From positions 13,360,330 through 13,424,329 of the forward strand of contig OZ316898.1 of NCBI GenBank assembly GCA_973895155.1: a stretch of 64,000 nucleotides of DNA. Reading direction: 5' to 3'. Under the pieces are notes generated by a model. The model saw only the letters and a list, made by a program, of their open reading frames with translations, was not told the DNA's origin and made no database searches. Below, piece after piece: positions 36,610-49,273 of this stretch (positions are counted from its first letter, which is position 1; the number at the start of each line of letters is the position of its first letter). The stretch is from Marsupella aquatica (lineage: Eukaryota > Plantae > Marchantiophyta). Position numbers and translations under genes: made by a program.

Positions 36610-37579
36610 CTGATCGGTCAAGGATTGTTCACTACATTGGCCTTGTCATTGGCCGAGGTCACCAAATTTTGCTTGGTTTCATTCCTGTGGAGCACTGCTG
36701 TGATGGATTTGTCGTAGCATTCTGCAAACTCTCACAGTTTGCTTATGGCCATTATTTGCAATTTGCTGCTACTAATATGTCTTCTTCTGAGCAGCATACA
36801 CCAGAAGTAAGCAATAGTGGAGGTTTAACTGCACATCAACACATCTAGTGAACTACCTCTCTGCTGCTCACTGGAGGGTGAGACTTTCACTCTTTTTGGA
36901 TATTGTAGTTTGTAAGCAAGTTGATTAGGAGTGTTTCATGCTATGTTTACACTGTGACCCCTAGCTGGAACCAATGGAATGACACAGTGAGTGGGAACTG
37001 ATAATTTAAGGTTGGTTGCTGTTGGTGAGGCAAGTACAGCTCCTGCTCACCTTGCTGATCGAAGGTGCTTATCAGAGGACGTGAACACACGACATCTCCA
37101 CAAAAGCAACACTTATGGTGAGGACCCGCAACGCTGAACATGTGCGGCTTGCACGCAAGGCAGAGATGTTGCGCCTTGAGTATGTCAGACTTGGGATCCT
37201 TCCAGCCCAGTCTGCATGGTACTTTGAGTACCCAGTTGTTGCCAGGAACAACTACAGCCGGCCTGTACCTGCTTCTCCACCCTTCCCAACATCCTTGGTA
37301 TTTCTGTCTCTCATACATGACCCGCCACAAATTAGGGCCTAAGGGTGTGTGCACAGTTGCCAATATGACTGTCCTGCCTGTAGGGCTTCTGGCCTAGAGT
37401 TGGATGACCGTTCTCTTGGATGTCGGTTTTTTCACAGAGCACAATGTATCATCTGGAACCACTCGCCATCCTGCAGTGTGCCTGGCGATGTCACTTGTCC
37501 TGCCCTCCCAGACCCCACCACCGGTCACTTTGGTGTCTACACATGTTTGGATCACACGCTCTAGAGGACCACTTGTCAC
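36610..37579 (-). pseudogene. Cys/His-rich hypothetical gene fragment in CACTA-2
   Basis: ORFs 37394-37579 and 36947-37363 share a frame across one stop. HLCLAC..HHKCCFC motif. Plausible GT-AG intron to an exon at about 36720-36610. Confidence 0.3.
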
Positions 37580-38233
37580 ACCGCATGCACAAACCAGAGA
37601 CCATTGACCTATAACTTAACACTTTGACTTGAACAGAGAGGATATTTACTTAAGATTTTGAATTATGACCAATTTTGGGTCCAGGGTTTAGGGTCAACAG
37701 TACATAACTTATCCTATTATGGCTGCACTAAGTACAATATCCTAATTTAAGAGGCTAGCAAGCTCACTTAAAAGTCTCCTTGCAAAGACTGGAATTAATG
37801 GGCCATGTGATAACCTGGAAAAAGTGATTTCTGCCTAACTTATTTGTCTCATTCACTATCATAGCCTATTTAGGATGTATAAATTACAACCCTGATCACA
37901 GTGCTTGATACCAATCCTGTTCAAAAAATGCCTGTTTTACATGTCACGACTGTTATATGTGATTCAAATGCATTAAATCTTGTTGCAGATCTCCTTTGGT
38001 GAATCATAGCCACAAAATTGAGGTGTAGGTGGAGCTATTGTACGAGGGGATCAGTTTTTAGTGTGGGCTCAACAAACCAAAAAGTATGTCTACTCTGCAC
38101 ATGTGTGTGAACATTTCATTGCAGTAGCAATTGCCACTCTAGTCTATATGCTACACTGTACTTTTTGTACACTGCACTAAATTGTATTGTCCGTGCACTC
38201 TGCTAAATTGTACTATCTGTCTCATGCGTAGGC

Positions 38234-38914
38234 ATGGCACGCCCTAAAATCCGAGCCAAGAAGCGGGGGACAGAGGTGAGCAACACAGGTGTAGTTGGGC
38301 CAGATGGTAGTAACTTCTCCGCAAGTCAGATTTTCCAGAAGGCAGCTCATTGTTGTGCCATTTGTGACGATGGTGGTGGCTTAGCCATATGTGAGGGCCC
38401 TTGCATGAGGCATTTCCACCTCAACCCGGAGTCTGACCTTGCTGCAGAAAACAACTGTCCAGGGGTGGGCCTCCCGTCAGCACACCAGGGAGGCTGGATG
38501 TGCACTGATTGTTTGGAGAAGCAGGCTAAGTGTGCACAGTGTGGGAAGTTGGGGTCTTATGAGGGCTCTGTTGATGCTCCACCACTTGTTAGGAAATGCC
38601 CTGACAGATATTGTGTGAGGTTCTTTTGTTTTTCATGTTTGCCCGATCTTGCCACAGCTTGCCCACTTCATAAGTGCAAGGCATGTGGTCAGCACGATGA
38701 AGATTTCTGGGTGGACATAGTCCACTGTGTTAGGTGTCCCACCATGTGGCACTTTCATTGTTTGAAGGAGCGTCAAGCAGAAGGCTATGCTTGTGACAGA
38801 CACATCTATGATCACTCTGCACATGGTGTTGATCGATGGATCTTCTATTGTCATCGCCATGCCATAGATCCTACTTTGCACACTCCCATGAGAGATCACA
38901 TTTCTTGGCTTTGA
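38234..38914 (+). CDS. Stand-alone EDM2/NSD-type composite PHD-finger protein (CACTA-2 cargo)
   Basis: CAICDDGG..CEGPCMRHFH, W.CTDC..CAQCGKLGS, CPLHKCKAC, CVRCPTMWHFHCL, IFYCHRHAID..TPMRDH follow the EDM2 PHD cassette pattern. Confidence 0.85.
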   Translation: MARPKIRAKKRGTEVSNTGVVGPDGSNFSASQIFQKAAHCCAICDDGGGLAICEGPCMRHFHLNPESDLAAENNCPGVGLPSAHQGGWMCTDCLEKQAKCAQCGKLGSYEGSVDAPPLVRKCPDRYCVRFFCFSCLPDLATACPLHKCKACGQHDEDFWVDIVHCVRCPTMWHFHCLKERQAEGYACDRHIYDHSAHGVDRWIFYCHRHAIDPTLHTPMRDHISWL

Positions 38915-39494
38915 ACCTGAATAATATACATGCATAGTGCACCTGATGTGGATACCTTGGAGATTGCAGACATTCCAATTTTGAGAAGAAGGACCTCTGT
39001 AGGAGAGGATGCTTAGGCAACAAGTACCCTAAGTTCATTACTTCCTGGGTACATGCCTTCAAAAACTGCCCTTAAGCCTTCTAGGAACTTTTTTAACTCT
39101 GCAATCATTTTGATCACGACTTACATGACACTGCTTAAATTAAATCAGGACTTCTCATTATGAGCATATAAGTTACAAGGCTATTTAATTTGCGAGAATT
39201 CCCTTAAAGTGTACCAACATTTTGTATTCTCATTGAATGTCTGCCCATTTACAACATCTGTATGTGGCATCACAAAACAATTGCACTTGTCACCTTCAAT
39301 ATTGTGAAGGCACATATTCAAACTATGAGGTGCATGCTTGCAGGTGTCTAGTACGTTTGTCCCAATATTTCTCCCGTTTGGAATCGGAGCAGAGACTCAC
39401 CAGACGACTGGACTGGACCAAGTTATAAACGCAGCATTTTAAGGGCCCTCCGATTATCAGGTGAACGCATTATCTTCCGGTCTGCAGTGATTAG

Positions 39495-40358
39495 GTGGCC
39501 CGTGTGTATATGGCCTCTAGGAAACGTACAAAGGTTGACCACCCGCCTCTGTTGGCTGGAATCAAAGCCATTTTGATTCCTGGCCACTATGGGTTCACCC
39601 AAGTGAGTTGGCCAATCGTACAAAAACGATTCTCAGAGTTCCATGGGACTGAAGTCAAGGACATCACTCCACAGACTACACATGTTGTTGCGGGGACATG
39701 GCTGGATGTGATGAACAAGTGGTCATGGTCCTTCATTGATTCTGCCATTACCAACCAAGGTCTAAAAGTAGTTGAAGTCTCTTGGCTGACCGATTCTGTT
39801 AAACATAGGTGTGTACAGAGTACTGAGCAATATGAGTTGTGGGAGAGTGAGGAGGCCACTGCAGAGGCTTTGGCTGAAAAGGAAGCCTATGAAGCAGCGG
39901 CAGAGAAACCCAACTTTGCTTCTGTCCAATATGGACCTGTTGTCAACATAGGACACCATCCTATGCGTGCAGATGCTATATTGAATGAGCATGGCAAGGA
40001 GAGAAATACCATTATGAAGGGGTTCAGTGTGGTATTTGCAGAAGAAGGAATTGGGGAGACTAAGTGCAGACTGTACAAGTCTATAGTTGTTGAGCTAGGT
40101 GGGACAGTGGAGGAGAGTCTAACAGAAACCTCCACTCATGTTGTAGGTCTGTCATACATGAAAATATGCAGAAAATTCTTTAAGACAACAGTGCGTGATT
40201 TTGTCATGAACAACAATCTTTGGGTGCTTTCCCCTGATTGGCTTCTGGAATCAGCAGCTAGAGGGAAGCGACAGAATGCTTGGGACTTTGATATTTTTGA
40301 GGCCTGGCCCTCCAAGATTCAGCGGAGATGTATGCTTAGCAAAGGTGGGAGAGAGTGA
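39495..40358 (+). CDS. Tandem BRCT-domain protein (CACTA-2 cargo)
   Basis: Two repeats: TTHVVA..KVVEVSWLTDSVK and LGGTV..STHVVG..VLSPDWLLESAARG. Confidence 0.8.
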   Translation: MARVYMASRKRTKVDHPPLLAGIKAILIPGHYGFTQVSWPIVQKRFSEFHGTEVKDITPQTTHVVAGTWLDVMNKWSWSFIDSAITNQGLKVVEVSWLTDSVKHRCVQSTEQYELWESEEATAEALAEKEAYEAAAEKPNFASVQYGPVVNIGHHPMRADAILNEHGKERNTIMKGFSVVFAEEGIGETKCRLYKSIVVELGGTVEESLTETSTHVVGLSYMKICRKFFKTTVRDFVMNNNLWVLSPDWLLESAARGKRQNAWDFDIFEAWPSKIQRRCMLSKGGRE

Positions 40359-40498
40359 GGAGTAGGAGTCCCTCATATTTTTGTATAAAACACAATTTTG
40401 TAATAAATGTGATCCTTGAACTAACTCATCTTGTCATGGTTGGTCGCAGTTGAAGTGATTGTTGTTTCCTGCTGCGTGGGGTGTGACTGTGAATCTAC

Positions 40499-41068
40499 TT
40501 GCTGGGCTCTGTTTGGCTGAAGACTTTGGTGGGTATGCTGCCTCTTCCAGACCGTCAGGCCCTATGTAGGGTCCTCCTACGGGTTGCATCGTGCATGGCT
40601 ACTGCTTGGGCTTACTTGTGTGGATTGGTAACCAGACAGAGTGTAGCTCCATCCGAGATAATGCCTGCAGACCTTGGATGTGTTGTGAATGCTGTGGTGA
40701 ATGAGGATGCACAGTCGGAAGAGGACATTTACTTTTCAGCAGATGAGTTAGACAAGCACGATGCTATAGGTGGTTCCTTGTTGCCTGATTTGGCAGATGA
40801 TATAGTTCTTACACATGTCTGGCCGAGGGTTCTTGTGGTGTCTGGCGCACAAGATATCTGCAAATATAGACTAATTAGTACCCAGTGGAGGGACTTGGTA
40901 GCAACATGTGCACCATGGAGGGCACTGCTGCCACTGCTTGTAGGCACGGATCGAAGACCACCATGGCATGAGCAGGGTTTAGACCTTGATGACTTAATGT
41001 ACATGCCTGAGTACCTCAGGGCTGAGTGGCATCGACAACAGGATTGGTATCCGTATTTGATGTGGTAG
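40499..41068 (+). CDS. F-box-like protein (CACTA-2 cargo)
   Basis: SLLPDLADDIVLTHVWPRV..YRLISTQWRDLV. Start codon uncertain. Confidence 0.6.
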   Translation: MLGSVWLKTLVGMLPLPDRQALCRVLLRVASCMATAWAYLCGLVTRQSVAPSEIMPADLGCVVNAVVNEDAQSEEDIYFSADELDKHDAIGGSLLPDLADDIVLTHVWPRVLVVSGAQDICKYRLISTQWRDLVATCAPWRALLPLLVGTDRRPPWHEQGLDLDDLMYMPEYLRAEWHRQQDWYPYLMW

Positions 41069-41394
41069 TAAGATGAGGACATCTCACACCGGTCTCGCAC
41101 CTGGCACCTGTGTCTATGACTATACATGATTGGACTCTGATATGGTCATGGATGTACGTGCAGAGGCAGTACATGTGAGGACAGCGGAGGAGTTGACACC
41201 CTCAAACATTTAGGAATTTTGTCTCATTCACTTGAGAATAGGTACATGACTCAGGCACCTATATTTTTTGTTTTTTTGTTTTTTTGGAACGTTACGTATT
41301 TTGGCAAGTACAATCGGGGGTGAAATCCTTAACAGGAAGTGTATTTTTCACTTGCATAATAAAATGACAGGGTGCTGAGTGCGTGTGTATAGTG

Positions 41395-44300
41395 ATGGCT
41401 CCAAGGTTGCCTCTTCACAACCCATTTAGGATTAGGCATCATGATTCTAAATTGTGGATGCGTGAACAAGCCCGGGCCGCCCAAGGTAGGAGTAGGAGGA
41501 TGAGATGCCCATGCACACAGTGCCAAGGATTCAAGTCGTTGAGTTTGAACACTGTGCACCTTCACTTGCTACGGCATGAAAGGCACCCTCGGTGGAGGGT
41601 TTGGAATGTACCAGCAGAAGAAGACTCCTCTGATGAAGAGTGGAGAGCTGACTTTGTGGATTCTAATACAGCTAGGCGTAGAGACTACGTAGAGCAGGAC
41701 ATAGACTGTGCAGAGGATGGTCCTGGGGTCCAACATGAGAACGTGGATGACCAAGATGGAGATGCAGAGGCAGTCACTGAGGACGGTGGGATGGATGTCC
41801 CAAGAATGGTTCAAGAGATTTTTGAAGACCTTGATGCTTTTTACGACACAGTGGAATCAGAAGAGGACAATGAACCGCAGCCACACATTGGCGACGGCCA
41901 AGCTCAACCTGACTTTGACATTGGGGAAGGTGCAGCAGAGATGGAGTGGGTGTTTGGGGGCCCAAAACACATCAAAGAAGCTTGCATTCCTATCTATGAG
42001 GGGTCGAACTGCTCCAAGCTGGGTTTTGTCGTGTTGTTGTTGAACATCTGTGGCAATCACAATGTTCCCAATATATTTGTGACAGAGTTGTTGACCTTCC
42101 TGCGCCGAAATGTGTTACCAGATGGTAATTCAATTCCAAAAAATATGTACGAGGCTAGGAAATTGATGTCTAACCTTGGGCTGAACTATGTGTCTATTGA
42201 CGCATGCCCTGATGGGTGTGTTCTCTTTCGCAAAGAGCATGCAGATAAATTGACATGCCCTCATTGTGGTAAGCACAGGTACAAGAATGTAGGGAAATGT
42301 ACACACCCTGCCAAGGTTCTTCGTCATTTTCCTCTCATTCCTAGACTACAACGTCTGTTTAGATGCCCTGCCATTTCCAAGCTGATGACATGGACTCCTG
42401 ATAACAAGAGCAGTGATGGCCTGCAGCGTCACATTGGAGATTCCAACCATTGGAAATTTGTTGATGAGAGGTGGCCACAGTTTGCTGCAGAGAAGCGGAA
42501 CTTTCGATTTGGTCTATCACTGGATGGAGTAAACCCATTTGGAGACAAAAACAACCGTTATTCATGTTGGCCGATTACGCTGCTAAATTACAACCTTCCC
42601 CCATGGATGACTACAAAGAGGTTTTTTGTCATGATGGTGTTGTTAATCCCTGGACCAGCTTCTGTGACCGAGCAATTCATAGATATCATGTTGGCTCCAG
42701 CAGTGGAAGAGTGGAAGACTTTGTGGATAGAAGGGGTGTTAACCCATGATGTTCTGAAGGGGTTTCTTCGACCCAGCCCCTTTAGACTGCATGCAATTTG
42801 TTTGCTGGATATAGCAGATTACCCAGGCCATGGCATCATATCTGGACGAGTGACAAAGGGCTATGTGGGGTGCACACCATGTGGGAAAAATGTGACAAGT
42901 GAGTGGTCGCATGCCCTGCACAGTATGAAATTTCAGGGGCATAGAAGGTATCTGCCTGTTGATCATCCTTACAGGCACACACGGTCTCAAATTGCACACT
43001 TCAACAACAAAACAGAGCTTCGTGGCCCACCACAGAGGGTCACCAGAGAGCAAGTCCTGAGGTGGGCAGCCAGGAAGGCTGATTGGGACAAGAGAAGTGC
43101 CACTGATCGAGAACCTGAGGATCCAGTGGTGAAACACGGTGTGAAAAGACAGACCTTGATGGACTTGGAGTTGGAGTACTGGAGGGTAATGTACTTAGCC
43201 TCCAGCCCCTGTATGATTGCAATTTTAGATTGGAGCAATGGTGGATTGATGTTGGTTACAATCCTCCTATGTGGTTAATTAGTGTTTCTGTTGTTGAATT
43301 CTTTGCTTTGTGGAGTGCAGGAATTCGAGCCCAGCAAACACAATGTGGACGTCATGCACATTGAGAAAAATATTTGTGAGAGCTTGCTGAAGTTCTTGTT
43401 GGGTGAGAAAGATACAGGAGCAGTTCGAGCTGATATGCAACAGAAGGGGATTCGCCCTCACCTTTGGTTGAAGCCCCATGCAAGCAATCCCAATGTACTT
43501 CTCAAGTTCCAAGCTCCCTATGTGTGCACACAGGATGAATGGAAGACATTCTTGTATAGATTGAGCTGTCTGAAAGTGCCCTCTGGCTATGCTGGTGCCT
43601 TCAAGAAGCATATTACAAAGAATAAACTTGGCAGTATGAAAACACATGACTACCATGTGTTGATGCAGCACATTCTGCCCCTATGCCTCAGAGGTCTCAT
43701 GCAGAAACCAGTCCGTAATGTCATTCTTCGACTGTGCAATGTATTTCGCCGTATATGTGTGAAAGTGTGGGATCCCCAAGGATTGGAGCAGTTGAAGCAG
43801 GATGCTGCTTATGTCCTCTGTGACTTGGAGATATACTTCCCCCCTGCTTTCTTTGATGTTATGACTCATCTCCTAATCCATGTGGTAGAAGAGCTAGGGC
43901 AGTATGGGCCAGTCAGTACCAGATGGATGTACCCTATGGAGCGATACATGAAGTTGTTGAAAGGTCATGTGAGAACATACTACAGGCCAGAGGCTTCCAT
44001 GGCATTGGGGTACATTAAGGATGAGACGTTGGGATTCCTAACAGAGTACATGGCTGGGTCTGGTGAAGCTATGACAAGAGTTTGGAAATCTGGTGAAGAT
44101 GATGGAGTGAGTGGCGAGGTTGTTGAAGGTGTGGGACGTGCTGTTCAGCTGCCTGTTGCGATTCGAGACAAGGCTCATTCATATGTGCTGGCAAACACAG
44201 AGCCTATGCAACCATGGTGGAGGTGAGTGATTGAATTGACTTGCCTTTGTTGTGATGCTTCTTGTCTGTTCCAAGGGTGATCTTAGGTTGTCATGTGTTG

Positions 44301-45095
44301 TTTAGACCTAACTATGCCTGTACCTCATAATGCAGGGAATATGATATGCAAAAAGCTGCACACTCTGGGCAGCAGGATCCCTTCCCACAGTTCGAGCAGT
44401 GGATTCGGGTGACAATTCGAGAGCATAGTAGACATCACCCAGATATGGAGAAGGATTTGTATCTTCTATCTGTGCCACCACGATTGTCTATTCTGACCTA
44501 CAAACGGATGAGAGCTTATGGAAATCATTATCAAGTGAGGGATGAGCAGGGTGACCATTGTGTATCATATGATTGTGGTTTGATTTCTGTGTTTGAGCAG
44601 AGAACCTCTGAAGAACAGAGGGGGTGGATGAAGATGGGTTACGTGGGGGAGTTGACCGACATTTGGGTGTTGAATTATGGTAACACAAGTGTCCCAGTGA
44701 TATTGATGAAGGGATCATGGGTGAAATCAGAGTGGCAGAGACCAAGGGCCACCATGAAGCGTGATCATGATGGGTTCTTGTTGGCCAATTTTAGGTCCAG
44801 AGTACCAGAATGGTCTGAGCCTTTTGTTTTCCCTAGCCAAGTTGAACAGGCTTTCTTTGCAGATGTGGAGGAGTCACATGGCTGGAGGGTGGTATGCCAT
44901 AGCCAAGCACGGAACAGGCGGATGGATGGAAGTAAAGTAGAGTTCAGTTTGGATGACCATGCTGCATTCGAGCATCCTAGTCATGAGACTGTACTTCCAA
45001 CTCGGGCAGGGACTGACTACATCCCCTTAACATTGAGAGAGACATATGATGAACCTGGGCAAATGGAATATGATGAGGTTGATGATTTGCAATAG
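41395..45095 (+). CDS. tnpD: CACTA-2 TnpD transposase (transposase-associated + Transposase_21 + DUF4218 + DUF4216), about 1150 aa, apparently intact
   Basis: Exons 41395-43185, 43321-44222 and 44336-45095 join in frame through GT-AG introns. CPCTQC, IDACPDGC, LSLDGVNPF, NLPPW, DYPG, DVMHIEKN, MKTHDYH, RWMYPMERY, FPSQVEQAF. Confidence 0.93.
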
Positions 45096-45272
45096 GCAAC
45101 AGCTGGCGATTGGCAAGTATGAGGTTGAGGATGACTACCTGCACAGAGTCACATAACGGGAATTGCTGCCTGGAATGATGTTTAGGATAGTTGGATATGC
45201 ATGAAATTGATTGATACTTTGAATTTAGTGTGCTGATTCTCCCTGTTTGGTTGTGGGTGCTATGCAGAAGCT

Positions 45273-48200
45273 ATGGGGGAAGAGGGTGATGACATGGAGA
45301 CAGACATGGGGCTTGGAGAGTGGGGTGAAGAGGAAAGATTGGATATGGATGGAGACCCAGATGCAGGGGGCTCACAAAAAAATGCACCTGTGCAAGATGC
45401 ACAGGGCCCTCATCAAGTCCCAGGTAGGTGGGCAGCTAGAGAGAAATCACATAATCCATACCCTAGAAGGAGCCAGAGTTATTGGCAAGGGACGCCTGAT
45501 GATTATGATGATGACTATGATGGAGCAGAAGATGGATGGGATGAATATGAACACCCAGAGCGTGGTAGAGACGGGTACAGAGGGCAATGGAAAGGTGAGG
45601 AGGATGATTGGACAAGTAAGTGCCTTGTGCTAGTGATTTTGTGATGGTAGTAGAGATTTAGCTCAATATGCACTTATCTGATGTGTAGCTAGGGCAAAGA
45701 GTTTATCTTACAGGTCCATGAGTGTGGCATGTACCTGTTGGTATGCAGACTCTGATTGGGACAATCACGAAAACAACAAAGGCCATCCACGTTCAGATAG
45801 GAGGCAATCATTCACAGGCGGGAGAAACGCCCCTAATTCATCAAGACAAAGCAATAGGACAGGTGGTCCAGAACCATCTATGCGCCAAGGGAGAGGTAAC
45901 TTGGTCATTGCAGAATTGCTCTGAAGTCCACTGTATATTTGGCAGCGGGATTTATGATTCATACTTACCTAATGTAAGTGACTATAAATGGATCCTGTAA
46001 ATGTGCAGGGACTCCAGGGAGGTTTGGACAATGCAATCCAGGCCGTGGGGGGAGATCAGGCCGTGGAGGGACCCCAGGCCGTGGGGGGACACCAGGCCGT
46101 GGAGGGACACCTAGTAGCGCTTCAGGGAGTACCAAGGCAGGAGACAGTAACAAATTTGGTAAAGTAAAAGTGAATTCCGAAGGTTGGATAACTCCCACAT
46201 GTGATGGTAAGAACCGTTGGCATTCTGACCTAAGAGGAGAAGTATTGCGTTGGTTAGATTTGAGCATTACAGAGTTTAGGAGTCAGAACAAAGCTGATTG
46301 GGCTGCTATCTGCAAGGACATTCTTGAACGGTGGGAGTATGTTGGTAATGATGGTAAGGGCCCAGTTGAAGATTGCATATCAGATTATGCAATGAGGATT
46401 TTGAAACAAGAGAGGCATAGGTTGAAAAGGATGTGGATAGACAATGGTTCTAACAGGAGAATGCCACCACCCCCATCATTGGAACTGGATCAATGGACAC
46501 GGTTAATCAAAGGGTTCATGTCGGAGGCTGGACAGAGCAAGAGTGAACTGATGTCAAATGCTCGAGGCAAAGTGAAACACCTTTCACAGGCTGGGAGAGG
46601 AAGTTATGCTCCAGTGAAAGAACAATTGGTAAGGCAGTGACATGCCTGATAGTAAGCCTCAAACTTATCATCTTGCTACCATTATTACATTTTCATTGAC
46701 AATCAACACTTGGTTTCATTCATATGTATGTTGATGTGGACTGCAGAAGAAATTGACAGGTGAAGAACCATCAGCACAAGAAGTGAGAGAGGAGTTCATG
46801 AAACAAAGGAGTGAGGTGACAAGTGTAACTTCCAAACAGGTGATTATGTTGTAATTCTGTATGTTCTGTGACTATTTGGCCTTGAGCATCAGAAAGAAAT
46901 GTAGTAGGAAGTAAGCAACCAGTTCTTGGGGACAGTTATCTGAGATATGTAAGCTGTGTTATGACAGGGAACTGTTACAACTCTCACAGAGATGTGTGAA
47001 CGGTTGAAGTCATTAGAGTGTGGACTCCCTCGAGTGGAAAGTAAATTGGCTGATCGTTTGGATATTGTGGAGGCATCTGTAGCGAACCTTCTTGCATCAG
47101 TGGAATCTAATTTCAAGCTTGTGATTGAAAAATTGGGTGGTTCCCAACCAAACAATGAGGGCAACATTGTACAAAGTGTGCCCTTGTTAACAAAAAAGGG
47201 AATTGGCAAATCTGACACAGGTATGGAAATGACACCGGCCCATTGTTCATTGTGTCCTATGTTCAAATGTTAGAAGTAAGTTTTCATGAATTGAGTGAAT
47301 GGTTTGAATGCAGGAAGAGTGGAGGCAGAGAAGGACCCTGTAATCAGTAAGCAGAAGGGCAAGAAGGTTGCTGAGACAGGTAACCTGCTATGATCCAATA
47401 CATTACATTTGAAAAGTGCATGGAGTTTTGTGAAGCTTAAGCCGGTTGGAGGTAATCTTTTCTGTAAGAACTGGTTGGATGAACTGGGATCTGAAGTGAC
47501 ATCATGATTGATGTATCAGGTGATTCAAAGAGCAATAATGAAGAAGATGTGCCCAGTGCCTCAGTGACCATAGCCAAGGAGGTATCAGGTAAGCTGATGC
47601 TTTAAATTCCTCTATATGAATGTTGAGCAACAATTCAGTGGTTAATAGATTCAACCTGAATATTGTGGTGTGTTTATTGATCAACAGAAGCAGACATGGA
47701 GCATATGGCAATGGCAAAGAAGGGGAAGAAGGCTGTTCATAATGGTAAGGAGATAGTGACAACTTTGTGGTTGGTGACATGTACATTTAGCACATGTGAT
47801 GAGTGATTGACTTATGTTGGACATGACACTGAATTGTAGTTGATGCAGAGTTGACAGACTCTCAACCAAGTGGGAGTAGGGTGAAGCGACGTCGAAACTT
47901 GGGAGCAACATTGGATGCAAGTAAGATTGTAGATGCTTCAATTGAAGCAAGTACAATGTTGGCAGATACTGAGATGATGTCGCAGGGAAATCCTGCTACA
48001 CGATCAGAAGTGTCAAATATGGATGCAGATTCTTTGAAGAAGAGTGTAGCCAATTCTCGATCACCAGCACAAAACACTCGTGCCAAAGTCATGACTCGCA
48101 ACCAAGGTATGAATAATGTCATGTATAAGCCACCCAGGAAAGCCAAGAAAAACAGCCAGGGTAAGGTGGAGGTGATAGCCACAGCAGAGCCAGTCCATAA

Positions 48201-48444
48201 TCTTCTATCATGGGAGGATGACTTGCAGGTATGTGTGGGTACAGGGATTTTGCGACCGGATCATGCAAAATTCCATGGCAAAGTGGTCCCGGATGACCAT
48301 GTAGTAGTGTTGTTGACTACAGTGATTGTATCTGATTGTAATTTGCCATTTCCGAATAGAGACGATGATCCACCTCAGGAAATAATTGCAGATGCAGTAG
48401 GATCTCTTGTGCTCTGGCCATCAGAGTGTGTTAGTCTGCAGTGA
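45273..48444 (+). CDS. CACTA-2 TnpA-like multi-exon gene (RGG repeats, Transposase_24-like core, C-terminal Tnp1/TnpA-type domain)
   Basis: PPPSLELDQWTRLIKGFMS..SKSELMSNARGKV..GRGSY is Ptta/EnSpm-like. The last exon has VGTG..FHG..VVV..LPFP..DAVGSLVLWP. Many short GT-AG exons; exact structure not resolved. Confidence 0.7.
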
Positions 48445-49273
48445 CTGAATGCAAGTGTAGATAGCATCATGTGAATTGTGTCACATTTTGACATTGCCTT
48501 GGAAAGATCCAAGAAATATCTGTACCAATTTTTCCATTTGGTAAAGAGGATGAAGGAGACGTTGTGTGTGACATTGATATTTCTGAATTCTGTATGTATG
48601 AAACAAGTGATTGATGTCAAACTATGGCTCTATGGTGATTGTCTATGATACTTGAATCTATTTTATCATTTCAGTATTAGTGTGTATGGTATAGAGGAAT
48701 ACTTTGTGACCTTCTTTGTAGTCTATGAAGTTTGAATCTGTGAATTCATATTAGTGTACATGGTATAGAAGATGGCTTTCTGAAACTATGTATTCTAATG
48801 TTAACATGATGAATGGTGAACTTATAGAGTGAGTTCATTCCAAGTACACAATAAAACATGAATGCAATATGTTATTTGTGCACAAGAGTGGGTTCATTCC
48901 AAGTAGTATAGTGGGGTCTTCATCACTCATATCCAGTTGACATAAAAGACTTATACATACCCCACAAAGTATATTTAAAGACTACCCTCCATAACCTTTT
49001 TAGTCGTTCCCAACGACTCATCATCGCAGCCCATAAAAGACTAAAAACGACTCACCAAAGCTACCCACACAAAGACTAAAATAGACTGAAAATCCAGTCT
49101 ATTAAACGACTTATAAACCAGTTCTATAAAGGACTCAGTTGATTATAGTAACAAAACATACGACTCGTAGTCCTATAAAGGACTAGAGTCCTTCCCAGTC
49201 GTTTCCAAGTCCTATACGGTACTGAATAGTCGTTTAATGGGGTCTAAATACCCCCCGGTTTCTACTAGTGCAA

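Larger units (their letters stand above)
32720..49270. mobile_element. CACTA/EnSpm element CACTA-2 (16,551 bp), both ends present
   Basis: TIR CACTAGTAGAAACCGGGG (18 bp perfect) at both ends. 3-bp TSD CAA at 32717-32719 and 49271-49273. AAAGACT/ACGACT subterminal repeats. Excision restores host ...GSPSSW-LAATLLMLNLQ. Confidence 0.95.
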
